From IMG/VR virus record IMGVR_UViG_3300042923_000281, positions 186,001 through 250,000 of that record: a stretch of 64,000 bases of DNA, one strand, 5' to 3'. This document shows positions 47,581 to 56,968 of this stretch, piece after piece. The notes under the pieces were generated by a model that worked only from the letters and a program-made list of their open reading frames with translations, was not told where the DNA came from and did no database searches. Both the position numbers and the translations under genes were made by a program. Each line of letters begins with the position of its first letter. Within the stretch, counting starts at the first letter, position 1.

Positions 47581-49102
47581 GAATGATCATGTCTGCTAGT
47601 TGTCGTCTGATGTCGCCCGAGATGTACATGTAGCCAGTCTGGGTCAACATCGGTACACGGTTGATAATGTCGCGAGGTGCATGTGGTTTCCAAGCCCGGC
47701 CGCTCATCCAGTCCACCACCATGTCAATGGCGGTCACTGCGACGTTGCCACGCTTGCCCGGTTCCTGACGTTTGGTTTCCTGACGCCAGTGCGGGTATTG
47801 CTTGTCCAAGATCTCGGCCTGGATCTTGGTGATCTTGTTGCGGGTTTCCGTCGGGATGTACGTTTCACCGTCATCGCTGATGTACTCTTCCGCCGAGACC
47901 AGCAGTGCCAGCTCATGGAAGCCCCAGTGATCGAGGATGGCCTGAGCCACACCCATCAGACGGAACTCCGTACGCTTGAGCAACAGCTCACGGGCTTCAG
48001 GCGAGATCGTCCGGATGACCCAGAAGATGATCGCCTTCTGGAAGTCTTCCACCTTGCGCTCTTCGTGACGAGAGCAGATGGCGACACACTGCTGCACACG
48101 AGCAATGTCCAGAGTCGGGTCAGCACGTACCACGATGACTTGGGTGTTCTCACTGAACACTTCCAGCAACTGACGGTCGCCTTCGGTGATCTCGGTGGTT
48201 TGACCGTAGTCATCCCAGACCGACGAGTTATCCTCATCGCCTTTGTCCAGACTGCGCGAACGTTTGGCCTGTACCACGCCGGTGACGCTTTGGAAGCGAC
48301 CATCCATGCGCAGGTGCGTGCCTGTCACGTAGTTGAACAGGATACGAGCCAGGCTGTCCCGATCCACCGGAGTGGACAGCGGCCCGATGGAGATCTTGCG
48401 GACTAATGCCATAGCCATCAAGTGACGCGGTACTTCTTCACTCGATAGACCGGCCATGACCATGGTCATGCTGATCTCTTTGTCCACCGATGCCTCGATG
48501 TACTCCATCATGCGGATATAAGGAGGCCATTGGTTCACACCGGCCAGCTCAATCAGCTTGACAGCTTCGGATTCCTTGTAACCGTTGCCGTGGGTAGACG
48601 CCACGTTTTGGATGTACATGCCCCAGATAGGCACGACCATCCGCAAGCCCAACGCCAGCGCTTGCAAGTCAATGTAGTCCGCCTTGATGTACGTACGACT
48701 GCGGTAGTTGCGACCGCGCTCGTTGAACTCTTCGAACTTTTCACTGACATCGCTTGGGATGTCCAAGCGAGCCTGCTCTACCCAGCCACGAACCACTGGC
48801 CATGTGATGATCTTGTACAGGTCTTTGACGACCGTCTCGATCTCGGCACGGATAAAGAAGGACGACCGAATCTCTTCGGACGACAGGTACTCGTTGACTT
48901 TGAGGTACAGTTCCCAAAGCTGGTATTGCGCCTCGGGGCTTAGACTCGCGAGGAAGTCATTGGTCTCCTTGAACAGTGTGTCACGGTTGATGATCGCAGC
49001 CGAATGGTAGCTGCCAGCCGACAGCTTCATTGAGTTGCCGCGGTGTTCCAGATTCAGGGATGTGATTCCCTTACTTGACAGTTCATTAAGCTGAATCTGC
49101 AC
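47537..49102 (-). CDS. nvRNAP promoter-specificity (sigma-like) subunit (phiKZ gp68-like)
   Basis: About 520 aa helical protein, synteny, SD GAGG with GTG start. Confidence 0.7.
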   Translation of the reverse strand: MQIQLNELSSKGITSLNLEHRGNSMKLSAGSYHSAAIINRDTLFKETNDFLASLSPEAQYQLWELYLKVNEYLSSEEIRSSFFIRAEIETVVKDLYKIITWPVVRGWVEQARLDIPSDVSEKFEEFNERGRNYRSRTYIKADYIDLQALALGLRMVVPIWGMYIQNVASTHGNGYKESEAVKLIELAGVNQWPPYIRMMEYIEASVDKEISMTMVMAGLSSEEVPRHLMAMALVRKISIGPLSTPVDRDSLARILFNYVTGTHLRMDGRFQSVTGVVQAKRSRSLDKGDEDNSSVWDDYGQTTEITEGDRQLLEVFSENTQVIVVRADPTLDIARVQQCVAICSRHEERKVEDFQKAIIFWVIRTISPEARELLLKRTEFRLMGVAQAILDHWGFHELALLVSAEEYISDDGETYIPTETRNKITKIQAEILDKQYPHWRQETKRQEPGKRGNVAVTAIDMVVDWMSGRAWKPHAPRDIINRVPMLTQTGYMYISGDIRRQLADMIIHVNNTIGSRTHATN

Positions 49103-49136
49103 GTGGTACAACCTCGATGGTTACTGGTTACAATGA

Positions 49137-49146
49137 GATAATGTAT
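49137..49146 (-). promoter_or_regulatory. Putative early promoter ATACATTATC
   Basis: Upstream of the gp68-like gene. Confidence 0.6.
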
Positions 49147-49160
49147 CGCGCCAGAAGTCT

Positions 49161-49784
49161 TTAAACGAATTTCCACTGGGCGAACTTGGGTGATGTCGCA
49201 TCAAGCCGTGCTCTGGCAGTTCCTAACGGAATACCGAGAGCTATTGCTGCATCGCGCACCCCAGCGTATCTCACACCGTCGATGAGGACGGGTCGCTTGA
49301 GGTGGTCTTTAGCAGAGCTCATTCGATCAAGCGTTTCTGGACTACGTTTCAACCCAGTGTTTGCTTGTCGAACAGCTTCACGGGCCTCGTCAGACACAAC
49401 GTGGCCTTTGGCGTATTGGTTACCGATGGAACGTTGACGGTTCTTCTCGATGATGTGCTCTGGAACATTACCTGGAGTCCAGCCTGGAATTGCATTGACG
49501 GCTACATTACAGCAATCTGGATCGTGCCAGTATTTATCCAGCAAAGTCTGCTCGCCACGGCGAGCCTCCTCTACAGAACTAGCGACTGCGATCTCAATGG
49601 AGATGTCATCGAGCGATGTGAACACCTCCTGCAACTTGGCGTTGTAGTGGGTGCCGTTGACTAGACTGTTACGATGAACGTGAAAGCGTTCTTGCAAGTT
49701 CTGAGTAGAACCTACGTAGAATCGACCGGTCGGATTGTGAATAATGGCGTACGCACCAGGTGCTTTAGCAAGTGGAGATCCCAT
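49161..49784 (-). mobile_element. Free-standing GIY-YIG homing endonuclease with NUMOD3/NUMOD1-type tail
   Basis: GAY..YVGS..R...H...L....N; GHVVSDEAR/GLKRSPETLDRMS repeats; C-terminal HTH RDAAIALGI. Confidence 0.85.
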
Positions 49785-49816
49785 GACAGATCCTCGTTAA
49801 TGGTTTACTCACTTAG

Positions 49817-49826
49817 TATAATGTAT
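49817..49826 (-). promoter_or_regulatory. Putative early promoter ATACATTATA for the endonuclease
   Basis: Near-copy of the 49137 motif with shared flanks. Confidence 0.55.
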
Positions 49827-49922
49827 CGCCATATCGAGGTCGAGCAGAACGCCGTCAGGGTATAAGAGTCGACACAGGACCAAGACTGGTCCTGTGTCGA
49901 TGCTGGCTATGTCGGGCTCGTT

Positions 49923-50708
49923 TTAAAGAGGCACGTCGTCACTGAAGTCAAAGCCAGTGCCGCCAGATACCTGCGCAGGCGCTTGAGACTGACCACCACC
50001 GTTGCCACCCCAACCACCACCGCCGGAATTACCGCCGCCGTTGTTGTTGCCGCCCCAGTTATTACCCCCGCCACCTTGACGGTTACCGCCACCACCATTA
50101 CCGCCCCACTGGCCACCGCCACCGTTGTTCTGCTCACGGCGCTGCATCCAGGCTGGCTTGGCGTAGTTCTTCTCGATCACGACTGGCAGGTATTCACGAA
50201 CGACGTCGATCCAACCCAGGCAGTACAGTTTCGAGGCCACGTCTACCGGCATGCTGCCTTGGCCATCACGGAACTGATGGTAGGTGCAGTCGAGGAACGG
50301 GAATTCGATCAGCGGACGGTTTTTACCGGCACTGATGCAGATGGAGATCACGCCTTCGTTCGTCTTCTCGAGCTTGATCATGCTCATGATGGACGGGTTC
50401 GGATCACGCTTCTTATCAACGAAGCGGTGGCCTTTGTTGTCCAGGAAGACAATGGTCGGGCCGTTCGAGTTGGCCACGAGTTCCAGAGCGCGAAGGACCG
50501 AGAAGAACGCACGGTTAGACAACGCCGCTTCGATCTTGCCATGGTTCTTGTCGTTCGGTACACGGGTCTTCACGACCAGACGCGGGTTGTTTTCGTAGTA
50601 AGCCGGACGCAGAGTAGGCTCGCCTTCCATGCCGTCTTGCTTCTTCGCTTTGAGGGCCAGGGAAGGGTCGTCCAGGATTGTTTCCGGACGCGCGTTCTGT
50701 TCGCTCAT
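49923..50708 (-). CDS. SSB-like protein (phiKZ gp67 position)
   Basis: Gly/Asn-rich linker and acidic-hydrophobic tip FDFSDDVPL. Confidence 0.6.
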   Translation of the reverse strand: MSEQNARPETILDDPSLALKAKKQDGMEGEPTLRPAYYENNPRLVVKTRVPNDKNHGKIEAALSNRAFFSVLRALELVANSNGPTIVFLDNKGHRFVDKKRDPNPSIMSMIKLEKTNEGVISICISAGKNRPLIEFPFLDCTYHQFRDGQGSMPVDVASKLYCLGWIDVVREYLPVVIEKNYAKPAWMQRREQNNGGGGQWGGNGGGGNRQGGGGNNWGGNNNGGGNSGGGGWGGNGGGQSQAPAQVSGGTGFDFSDDVPL

Positions 50709-50792
50709 CTAGTGTTACTCCAAACCAAAAATTGTGATCGGCTTCTATTCAAAAGATAGGACCTAGGCGTTTCTTTTTACCCGCCGGTTCCC

Positions 50793-51662
50793 CTAGCCTT
50801 TCGAGTAAAGATTGATCACCAGTCTTTCAAGCTCGGGCTCGTAAGCCTTCTTGACCGATTGGATGATGTAGTCTTTTGTCGTCATGGCATGCCAGCGGTT
50901 TTTCTGAGCGATGTCGAGCATGATCCTCCGGAACTTGATCGGGAAGCCTGTGAACAGGTTACCGTTGTCTCCGAAGAACTGAAGCGTCATCCGATCAAAC
51001 GGAATGTGCGACAACTCTTTACCATTGGTAAGCTTGGTGTACCACATTGCTGGAGGCTTAGTGGCGCCGGTATGCGATTCAAGCAGGGTGATGGCTGCGA
51101 ACTTGTAACGCTGCAAGAGATCCACGGCGTAGTTCGACAGCAACAGCACCTTACGGGCGTCCGGTGGCAACTCCATATCGGTCTCGATAGGGCGAATGTG
51201 CGGATGCTCGTGCAGGAGTCGACGAAACTCAATGACTGTGTTCTCTTCACGTAGCGCTGCGTAGCGCTGACGATCGGTGTTCGCGTTCTTGAGGATGCCG
51301 TACTGGAACTTGCGAGGCAGGTCCCGGTAGTTACATAGATAAGGCTGGACTTTCACCCGACCTTTGGAGACCAGTGCCACCGCTTGCTCAATGGTGGTCA
51401 ACTCATTCACCAGGCTGAAGGCCAAGTCTTCTGGAAAGACCGCGCTGAGCTGCTCAGCGTCAATGGCCCCGACCATGTTCCGGATCAGGGTCCGGATGTT
51501 GACGTACAGGACGTCCACGTTGTGAATGATGGGCTTCGGGTTGTGGTTATCCTCAAGGATGCCAAAGGCACCCTCGAGGGCCAGACTGGTACCGATAGAG
51601 ACGGGGATCTGCCCCAGCTCACGGCCTGACAGCGCCGCTTGGGCACTAGGATCACTGATCAT
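50793..51662 (-). CDS. Conserved hypothetical protein (gp66-like)
   Basis: 289 aa, ATGA overlap with the nuclease gene. Confidence 0.6.
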   Translation of the reverse strand: MISDPSAQAALSGRELGQIPVSIGTSLALEGAFGILEDNHNPKPIIHNVDVLYVNIRTLIRNMVGAIDAEQLSAVFPEDLAFSLVNELTTIEQAVALVSKGRVKVQPYLCNYRDLPRKFQYGILKNANTDRQRYAALREENTVIEFRRLLHEHPHIRPIETDMELPPDARKVLLLSNYAVDLLQRYKFAAITLLESHTGATKPPAMWYTKLTNGKELSHIPFDRMTLQFFGDNGNLFTGFPIKFRRIMLDIAQKNRWHAMTTKDYIIQSVKKAYEPELERLVINLYSKG

Positions 51663-52786
51663 GCCGCCTCCTTAAATTTGTCCAGGACAGCAAGGACCTT
51701 CTGTGCTCGAGCATCGGACACGTCAACACCTTGACGCGCCATCCGTTCAGACACGAGGTGGCCAATGTTGGTTGGGGTGATACTGATCGGTTTAACCACC
51801 GGAGCCTGCTGTTGAGTCAGGACTACTTCTTCCTGAGTCTTCAGATCATCCTGCTGTGTGGTCAAGCGGAACTGAGGGAACCGCTTACGCAGATCCTTCA
51901 ACCCGTACTGCACCGTACCGCCCCGCTGAATCAGCAGTCGGAAGTTCGACTGGTCTGGTTCATTCTCATATTGCGCCAAGAGGTTGATAGTCTCATCAAT
52001 GTCTTGGTTACGGCAGTCCAGCGTCTTATAGATGCGGGCACCGACGTTTTCAACGAACCAATGGTAATTACCGGCAGGCGAGATGCACGCCCTGTAATGT
52101 CCCTTCGGCGCTTCCTCACCGTGTGACAACCGATCAAAGGACCCTTGGGCCAAGATGACCGAGGAGTACGCTGAGAGGGCACGCTCAGTGCGGATGTGCA
52201 CATGGCCAATGCCAATGAAATGACGGACCAGTGCAAGGTACGCTTGGCTGTTGTGGTTCTTGCTCGACTCAATCGGCAACTGGTAATCGAAGGCACCGTG
52301 CATACAGCCCACGTCTACCTTGTCCAGCCCATGGATCGAGAGGAGTTCTTGGACCTGAGTCCATGTAACACTGGCGTCAGCGTTCCACTCATCCGGCACG
52401 TACAGCACGCTCAGGTTGTCCAGCTCTGCAATCACCTCAATACTCAATGTATCGACGTAGCGCAGGTTAGCAGGATTGTCCAGCGTGTTGTTGACGTTGA
52501 CGAACTGTTTCGACTGGCGCCAGTCATGGCTTGGAGTGCCTTCGAGGACCCGTACGATGATGTCGCGTTTCGCACAGATACGAAGAAGATCACCGATCCA
52601 CTCTTGGATGGCGTCCACCTCATCCTGAGGTAGGCTCATCAGGCGGTCAAAGACATCGCCTGCAAAGAAGATGACATCGAGCTTGCCCGTCTGCTCATCA
52701 TCCGGAAACGCCTTGCGGAGGTTCTCGATGATGTGGTACGTGTTGGTACGTGGGTGGGCTAAGTGGATATCGGAGATGAACGCCAT
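51659..52786 (-). CDS. sbcD: SbcD/Mre11-like metallophosphoesterase nuclease
   Basis: SDIH, AGDVFD, GTPSHD, MHG and GHVH motifs; start uncertain. Confidence 0.8.
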   Translation of the reverse strand: MAFISDIHLAHPRTNTYHIIENLRKAFPDDEQTGKLDVIFFAGDVFDRLMSLPQDEVDAIQEWIGDLLRICAKRDIIVRVLEGTPSHDWRQSKQFVNVNNTLDNPANLRYVDTLSIEVIAELDNLSVLYVPDEWNADASVTWTQVQELLSIHGLDKVDVGCMHGAFDYQLPIESSKNHNSQAYLALVRHFIGIGHVHIRTERALSAYSSVILAQGSFDRLSHGEEAPKGHYRACISPAGNYHWFVENVGARIYKTLDCRNQDIDETINLLAQYENEPDQSNFRLLIQRGGTVQYGLKDLRKRFPQFRLTTQQDDLKTQEEVVLTQQQAPVVKPISITPTNIGHLVSERMARQGVDVSDARAQKVLAVLDKFKEAA

Positions 52787-52793
52787 GAGTCTT

Positions 52794-53390
52794 TCAGAGC
52801 GGTTCGATGTCGTCGTCTTCAATCTCATCGAGGGTTTTCCTGACCGGAGTGGAATCAGTCTCGGCTTCGCCGCTGATCTGGCCGAGTTGACGGGCCACTT
52901 CAGGAGCATCTTCACCGAACATGCGTTCCAGCGGGATGTTGTAACGGCGGTAGATCTTGGCCCACATCAGGCTGTAGACCGCGGAGATCGCGTCAGCCGG
53001 ACTGTAGTTCAACGCCATGAGGCGGTTGACGAAACCGTCGATCACCATGCCTGGGGCGTTGGTGGATACCTGAGCATCGTACTCAGCGCTGAGTTCACCA
53101 ATGTCCGTTTCCGGCCGCGCATGAATCGAGCGGATGGTCATCGGAGTCGGGGAGATCAACGGTGGAACGGTGAACAGGATCTTGGCAGGGTTGCCGTTTT
53201 CGAACACGTCGATCATGCGGTTGGCATGACCTGCGGCAGCGACATAGATGTCAACGCGCACGTTTTCGTTAGTGCCATTCGGCACAAGGTGAGGCAGTAG
53301 ACGCTGGATGAAGTCACGCTCGTTCATCTTAGCGTTGGCTTCTTTGTCCATCTGATCCAGACGTTTGAAATCGTCGTCGGTAAGCTGCAT
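52794..53390 (-). CDS. Conserved hypothetical protein
   Basis: 198 aa, SD GGAG. Confidence 0.6.
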   Translation of the reverse strand: MQLTDDDFKRLDQMDKEANAKMNERDFIQRLLPHLVPNGTNENVRVDIYVAAAGHANRMIDVFENGNPAKILFTVPPLISPTPMTIRSIHARPETDIGELSAEYDAQVSTNAPGMVIDGFVNRLMALNYSPADAISAVYSLMWAKIYRRYNIPLERMFGEDAPEVARQLGQISGEAETDSTPVRKTLDEIEDDDIEPL

Positions 53391-53440
53391 GACAGTCTCT
53401 CCGTAAAAGAGGGAGGCCGAAGCCTCCCCCAGTGCAGGAC

Positions 53441-54268
53441 TTAGTGAACGATCGGAGCTTCCGACGCCGACTGTGCAGGATCAGCAGCAGGCGCTTCGAC
53501 CACCGGAGCAGCTGCACCAGCAACTTGTTCCAGGGCTTGCTTGGCGCCGGCCTGAGCGTCTTTGCGGAAGGTCTCGAGATGCACGTCTTCTACGACGTAG
53601 TACGGACGACCGATGCTTGCGCCGAAACCGGCCAGCAGGTTACCGAACACTTCAGGGATCATTTCGCCCTGCATGCTTTCGGACATCTTCTCGCCAGTCA
53701 CCCACTCACCGGTGTCAGTGAGTTGCTCTTCAACCAGCACGCCGCCTTCTTCCAGCAGAGTCACGCGGATTGCGCCTGGGATTGGCTGCTCGATAACAAC
53801 CAGCTCAGGGGTGCGGTGCTGCGAAGCACGGGCCTTGAAGGCGATGGCGTTGGCACCGGCGATCAGGATACGCTGGCAGATGCTGTCGATCATGACCGGA
53901 TCGCTGAACAGACGGTCGATGTGGGCCGCAGTCATGTCGACGATGTTGCGCTGGATGTTCAGCAGAGCGTTGTTGGCGCTTTCCAGAGCGTGCTCGACGG
54001 TTTCCAGGCGGGAGCCTTGGTCAGCCAGCAGGTCTTCCAGTTTGGCGATACGGGCTTCTTGCAGGAACTCACGCGCTTCGCCGGCTTCAGCAACCAATAC
54101 TTCGGTCACGGTTTCGCGCAGCTGAGCACCACCACGAGTCACGGTGTAGCTGTCACCGACAACCAGTTCGTCTGCACGAACATCGGTGCCGTCATCGCGC
54201 TGGAAGACTTGACTGGCCAGCATGAGGATCGGGCCGTTTTGGGTGTTCAGCTTAACAACTTGGGACAT
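53441..54268 (-). CDS. Hypothetical coiled-coil protein
   Basis: 275 aa, SD AGGAG, followed by a terminator. Confidence 0.65.
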   Translation of the reverse strand: MSQVVKLNTQNGPILMLASQVFQRDDGTDVRADELVVGDSYTVTRGGAQLRETVTEVLVAEAGEAREFLQEARIAKLEDLLADQGSRLETVEHALESANNALLNIQRNIVDMTAAHIDRLFSDPVMIDSICQRILIAGANAIAFKARASQHRTPELVVIEQPIPGAIRVTLLEEGGVLVEEQLTDTGEWVTGEKMSESMQGEMIPEVFGNLLAGFGASIGRPYYVVEDVHLETFRKDAQAGAKQALEQVAGAAAPVVEAPAADPAQSASEAPIVH

Positions 54269-54277
54269 GGATCACTC

Positions 54278-54703
54278 CTAGGTAGTAAGAAGGTCAGCCA
54301 GAATGAATGGCTTACCGTCATTTTGCAGATCGATGATGCTGCGAATTTTGGAATCGGATGACGTCACTACGTGTTGAATGTCAATCGACTTGTCACCGTC
54401 TCGTAGGATAGCACCGATTTGTAAATCAATACTGGGTCCTTTGACTACGGTGTTGACATCGAGGGTCACTTCATCGAACAGACGCTCGAAGTAGCTCTCG
54501 AGTACGTCCCTGACCTCGTCTTCGAGGCCTGAGGGGTTGTTTCCGAGTCGACTGATGATATCCCCCAGACTGACGATTGCACCCCGATACATGTCGGACT
54601 GCGAGCGCTGAGAGATATAGAAATTGGTCAGGGCTTCATCGGCCTTGATGGTCAAATCGGTAGCAAATCCAACACTACCCAAGACCGGGATGACACGTGC
54701 CAT
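54278..54703 (-). CDS. Conserved hypothetical protein (possibly structural)
   Basis: SD GGAG before MARVIP. Confidence 0.55.
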   Translation of the reverse strand: MARVIPVLGSVGFATDLTIKADEALTNFYISQRSQSDMYRGAIVSLGDIISRLGNNPSGLEDEVRDVLESYFERLFDEVTLDVNTVVKGPSIDLQIGAILRDGDKSIDIQHVVTSSDSKIRSIIDLQNDGKPFILADLLTT

Positions 54704-54792
54704 AGGACACTCCAGACGAAAAAGAAAAGGGGCGAGGCGGTTGCAGAGCACATACCCATAAGGCTGTGCTCCACTTGACCCCGCTCCTTTAC

Positions 54793-55416
54793 TTACAGCG
54801 ACCCGTTGTTGGCGTCGCTTGGATCGTCCAGACCTGCATCGAGGAAGCTTTCGAAGTTAGCCCACATGCTGTCCTTCACCAAGGTTTGCTCGGCAAAGCG
54901 CAGCGGACCACGGTTGTCACCGTCACGAATGGTCAGGTACTGCGTACTCACAGCCCCGCCTTCTTCGTTAAAGGTGAACAGGCCGTCCATGACTGCTTGG
55001 TAATCTGGGTTATCCTCGCCGTGTCTACCTTGGAAGTAGTTCACGAACGAGTCACGCCAGCCATTCATCATGTCCTTCTCCAGCAGACGCTGAGCACGGG
55101 GGTTAGCCATGAGCCAGCGTTGCTGTTCCGGTCCTGCTTGCTGGAACTGACCGATCTTGAACATCGGCCGGATTTCGTCCCGGTCAAACAGGTGACTGAC
55201 CTTCCGCTTCAGGGCGTCCATCTTGCGTTCCAGTCGATCGAAGTCAAACGACTCAAACCGCTGTACCGCTCGAGTGAACATTTCACTGCCAGACAGGCCA
55301 TACGACCGTGCAGTGTTTTCCATACGCTGTCGGATAGCCGCACGGTCCTCCGATCGCGGAAGTCCGTAGTGCATGACACCGAACTCCTGATCATCAGCGT
55401 AGATAGCTATCGCCAT
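54793..55416 (-). CDS. Conserved hypothetical protein (phiKZ gp59 position)
   Basis: SD GAGGAG before MAIAIY; follows the beta'-N gene. Confidence 0.55.
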   Translation of the reverse strand: MAIAIYADDQEFGVMHYGLPRSEDRAAIRQRMENTARSYGLSGSEMFTRAVQRFESFDFDRLERKMDALKRKVSHLFDRDEIRPMFKIGQFQQAGPEQQRWLMANPRAQRLLEKDMMNGWRDSFVNYFQGRHGEDNPDYQAVMDGLFTFNEEGGAVSTQYLTIRDGDNRGPLRFAEQTLVKDSMWANFESFLDAGLDDPSDANNGSL

Positions 55417-55426
55417 GGTGGTCTCC

Positions 55427-56890
55427 TCATCGTGATACTTGGTCGCCCTCGACGATCCAACTGGTAATCGTCGCAATCAACGGCGGCGGAAGCGTCGTGT
55501 TACGGGATACCGTGAAGGGTTTGTCGAGGTCCATGACACCTGTGACTGGATCATGGCGGGACATGACTTTCGCGTTCTTCAGGTCAAGCGGCAGCTCGCC
55601 CCAGAGTGCGTCACCATCAAAGTCAGCGTTCTTGTCGATCAGGTTGAGCGGCGAGATGCTGATGGTGTTGTCAGTTGGGTCCGGCTTGATCGTGTCGATC
55701 TGGTTGTAGCCAATCGAGCCACGGGTCAGCGTCGGGTTACGACCGAAGGTGGTTGGAATGGTGCCGTTCGGAGCTTCGGCTAGTAGCTCCTTGAACAACC
55801 TGTCCAGCTCAGGGTGCCAGCGTAGAGTGTTCTCGTAGATCAGGGCCTGCATCTCATTGGGGATGTACCCCTGAGTCAGCAGCTTGTTCTGCAAGTGAAC
55901 CTTAAACAGCAAGGTACTCGCGGACCACGGCATCTCCATACCGTCCTGCCGGTGAGGCTTCTGACGCGACGTAATCACCGCACGGAACCCGAAGTACGGA
56001 CGTGTACCGTAGATCAGCTTCCGTGCTACCCCAGGCTTCTTGAAGATCACCTCAGACTCGAAGGTCTTATAGTAGTCATTGAAGTGCTGGAGTGCGCTAA
56101 CAACGCGACCCTCTTTTACCGCCTGAGCCAGCTTGGGCTGATTCTCGGCAGTCTCACGGTTGTCGATCCCGATCAGGATGTGCGCGGCGTTAACCGCAGA
56201 CACCATCTTGGGGTCAGCCGTGATACGGTTGTTGGAGTTCTCTTTGATGAACCCGAGACGCGTTGGGAATGGCAGGTAATCCGAGAACGTCCGGTCGAAG
56301 TTCTCCTGCAAGAAGCGCATGATCTTTCTACGCTTACGGGCAGATGCCGAGGGACCAATTAAGCCAGCCTTAAACAGCGCTACCAGGATGGACTCGTAGT
56401 TCTCGACAAAGTGGTTGTAGCCACGGGGGATTTCCAGCTTATCCAACTTGCGCATCTTGTCAGCCGCCAGGGGAGAGGCAGCTGTGTAGCGCGGGTTGCA
56501 GAGGTACTCCAGGATGTTGAAGTTCGAATGCGTCAGGTTCTTCGAGAGAATCCGCCACACTGTCAAGTTAATGAATTTCTTGATGCCTGCCGGACATTTG
56601 ATCCACAGGAGAGTCTCCAGTGGTTTCTCAGTGATCGGCATGACCAAGCTCAGACAGTCATTACAGCGGATGCCGTAATTGTCCATGCCGTGGATGAGTC
56701 CACAGTCACAGCTCGCCGTGTTGTTCAGCGAGTCCCCGTCGAGGCTGGCATAAATCAGGTTGTTCAGCTTGAGACGGTCTGCCTCAAGATCGATGTTGAA
56801 GTCGTTCATCAGGATCGCTGGGTGCGACTGATGCATGAACATGGTGTCGTAACCCACCACGCGTAAGTAAATGCCATTACGCTTTTTCAT
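55427..56890 (-). CDS. Non-virion RNA polymerase beta' N-terminal catalytic subunit (phiKZ gp55-56.1-like), uninterrupted
   Basis: CDCG..CNDC Zn finger, RAVI, RNPTL and catalytic NADFDGD. Confidence 0.92.
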   Translation of the reverse strand: MKKRNGIYLRVVGYDTMFMHQSHPAILMNDFNIDLEADRLKLNNLIYASLDGDSLNNTASCDCGLIHGMDNYGIRCNDCLSLVMPITEKPLETLLWIKCPAGIKKFINLTVWRILSKNLTHSNFNILEYLCNPRYTAASPLAADKMRKLDKLEIPRGYNHFVENYESILVALFKAGLIGPSASARKRRKIMRFLQENFDRTFSDYLPFPTRLGFIKENSNNRITADPKMVSAVNAAHILIGIDNRETAENQPKLAQAVKEGRVVSALQHFNDYYKTFESEVIFKKPGVARKLIYGTRPYFGFRAVITSRQKPHRQDGMEMPWSASTLLFKVHLQNKLLTQGYIPNEMQALIYENTLRWHPELDRLFKELLAEAPNGTIPTTFGRNPTLTRGSIGYNQIDTIKPDPTDNTISISPLNLIDKNADFDGDALWGELPLDLKNAKVMSRHDPVTGVMDLDKPFTVSRNTTLPPPLIATITSWIVEGDQVSR

Positions 56891-56968
56891 TGACCTCCCC
56901 TAGTGCCCGGTGAAAATAAAAAGGCATAACAAGGGGGAGCACAGGCTCCCCCAAGCTATGAACGTCAG

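Noticed and set aside
18092-53429. Repeated GGAGGGCCGAAGCCCTCC as CRISPR or REP/mobile repeats
   Set aside because: The copies are dispersed singly after stop codons with no spacer periodicity; they are best explained as terminators.
41900-56890. Introns or inteins in nvRNAP subunit genes, as in phiKZ
   Set aside because: Both the beta-C and beta'-N genes are continuous ORFs of expected size with no splicing motifs.
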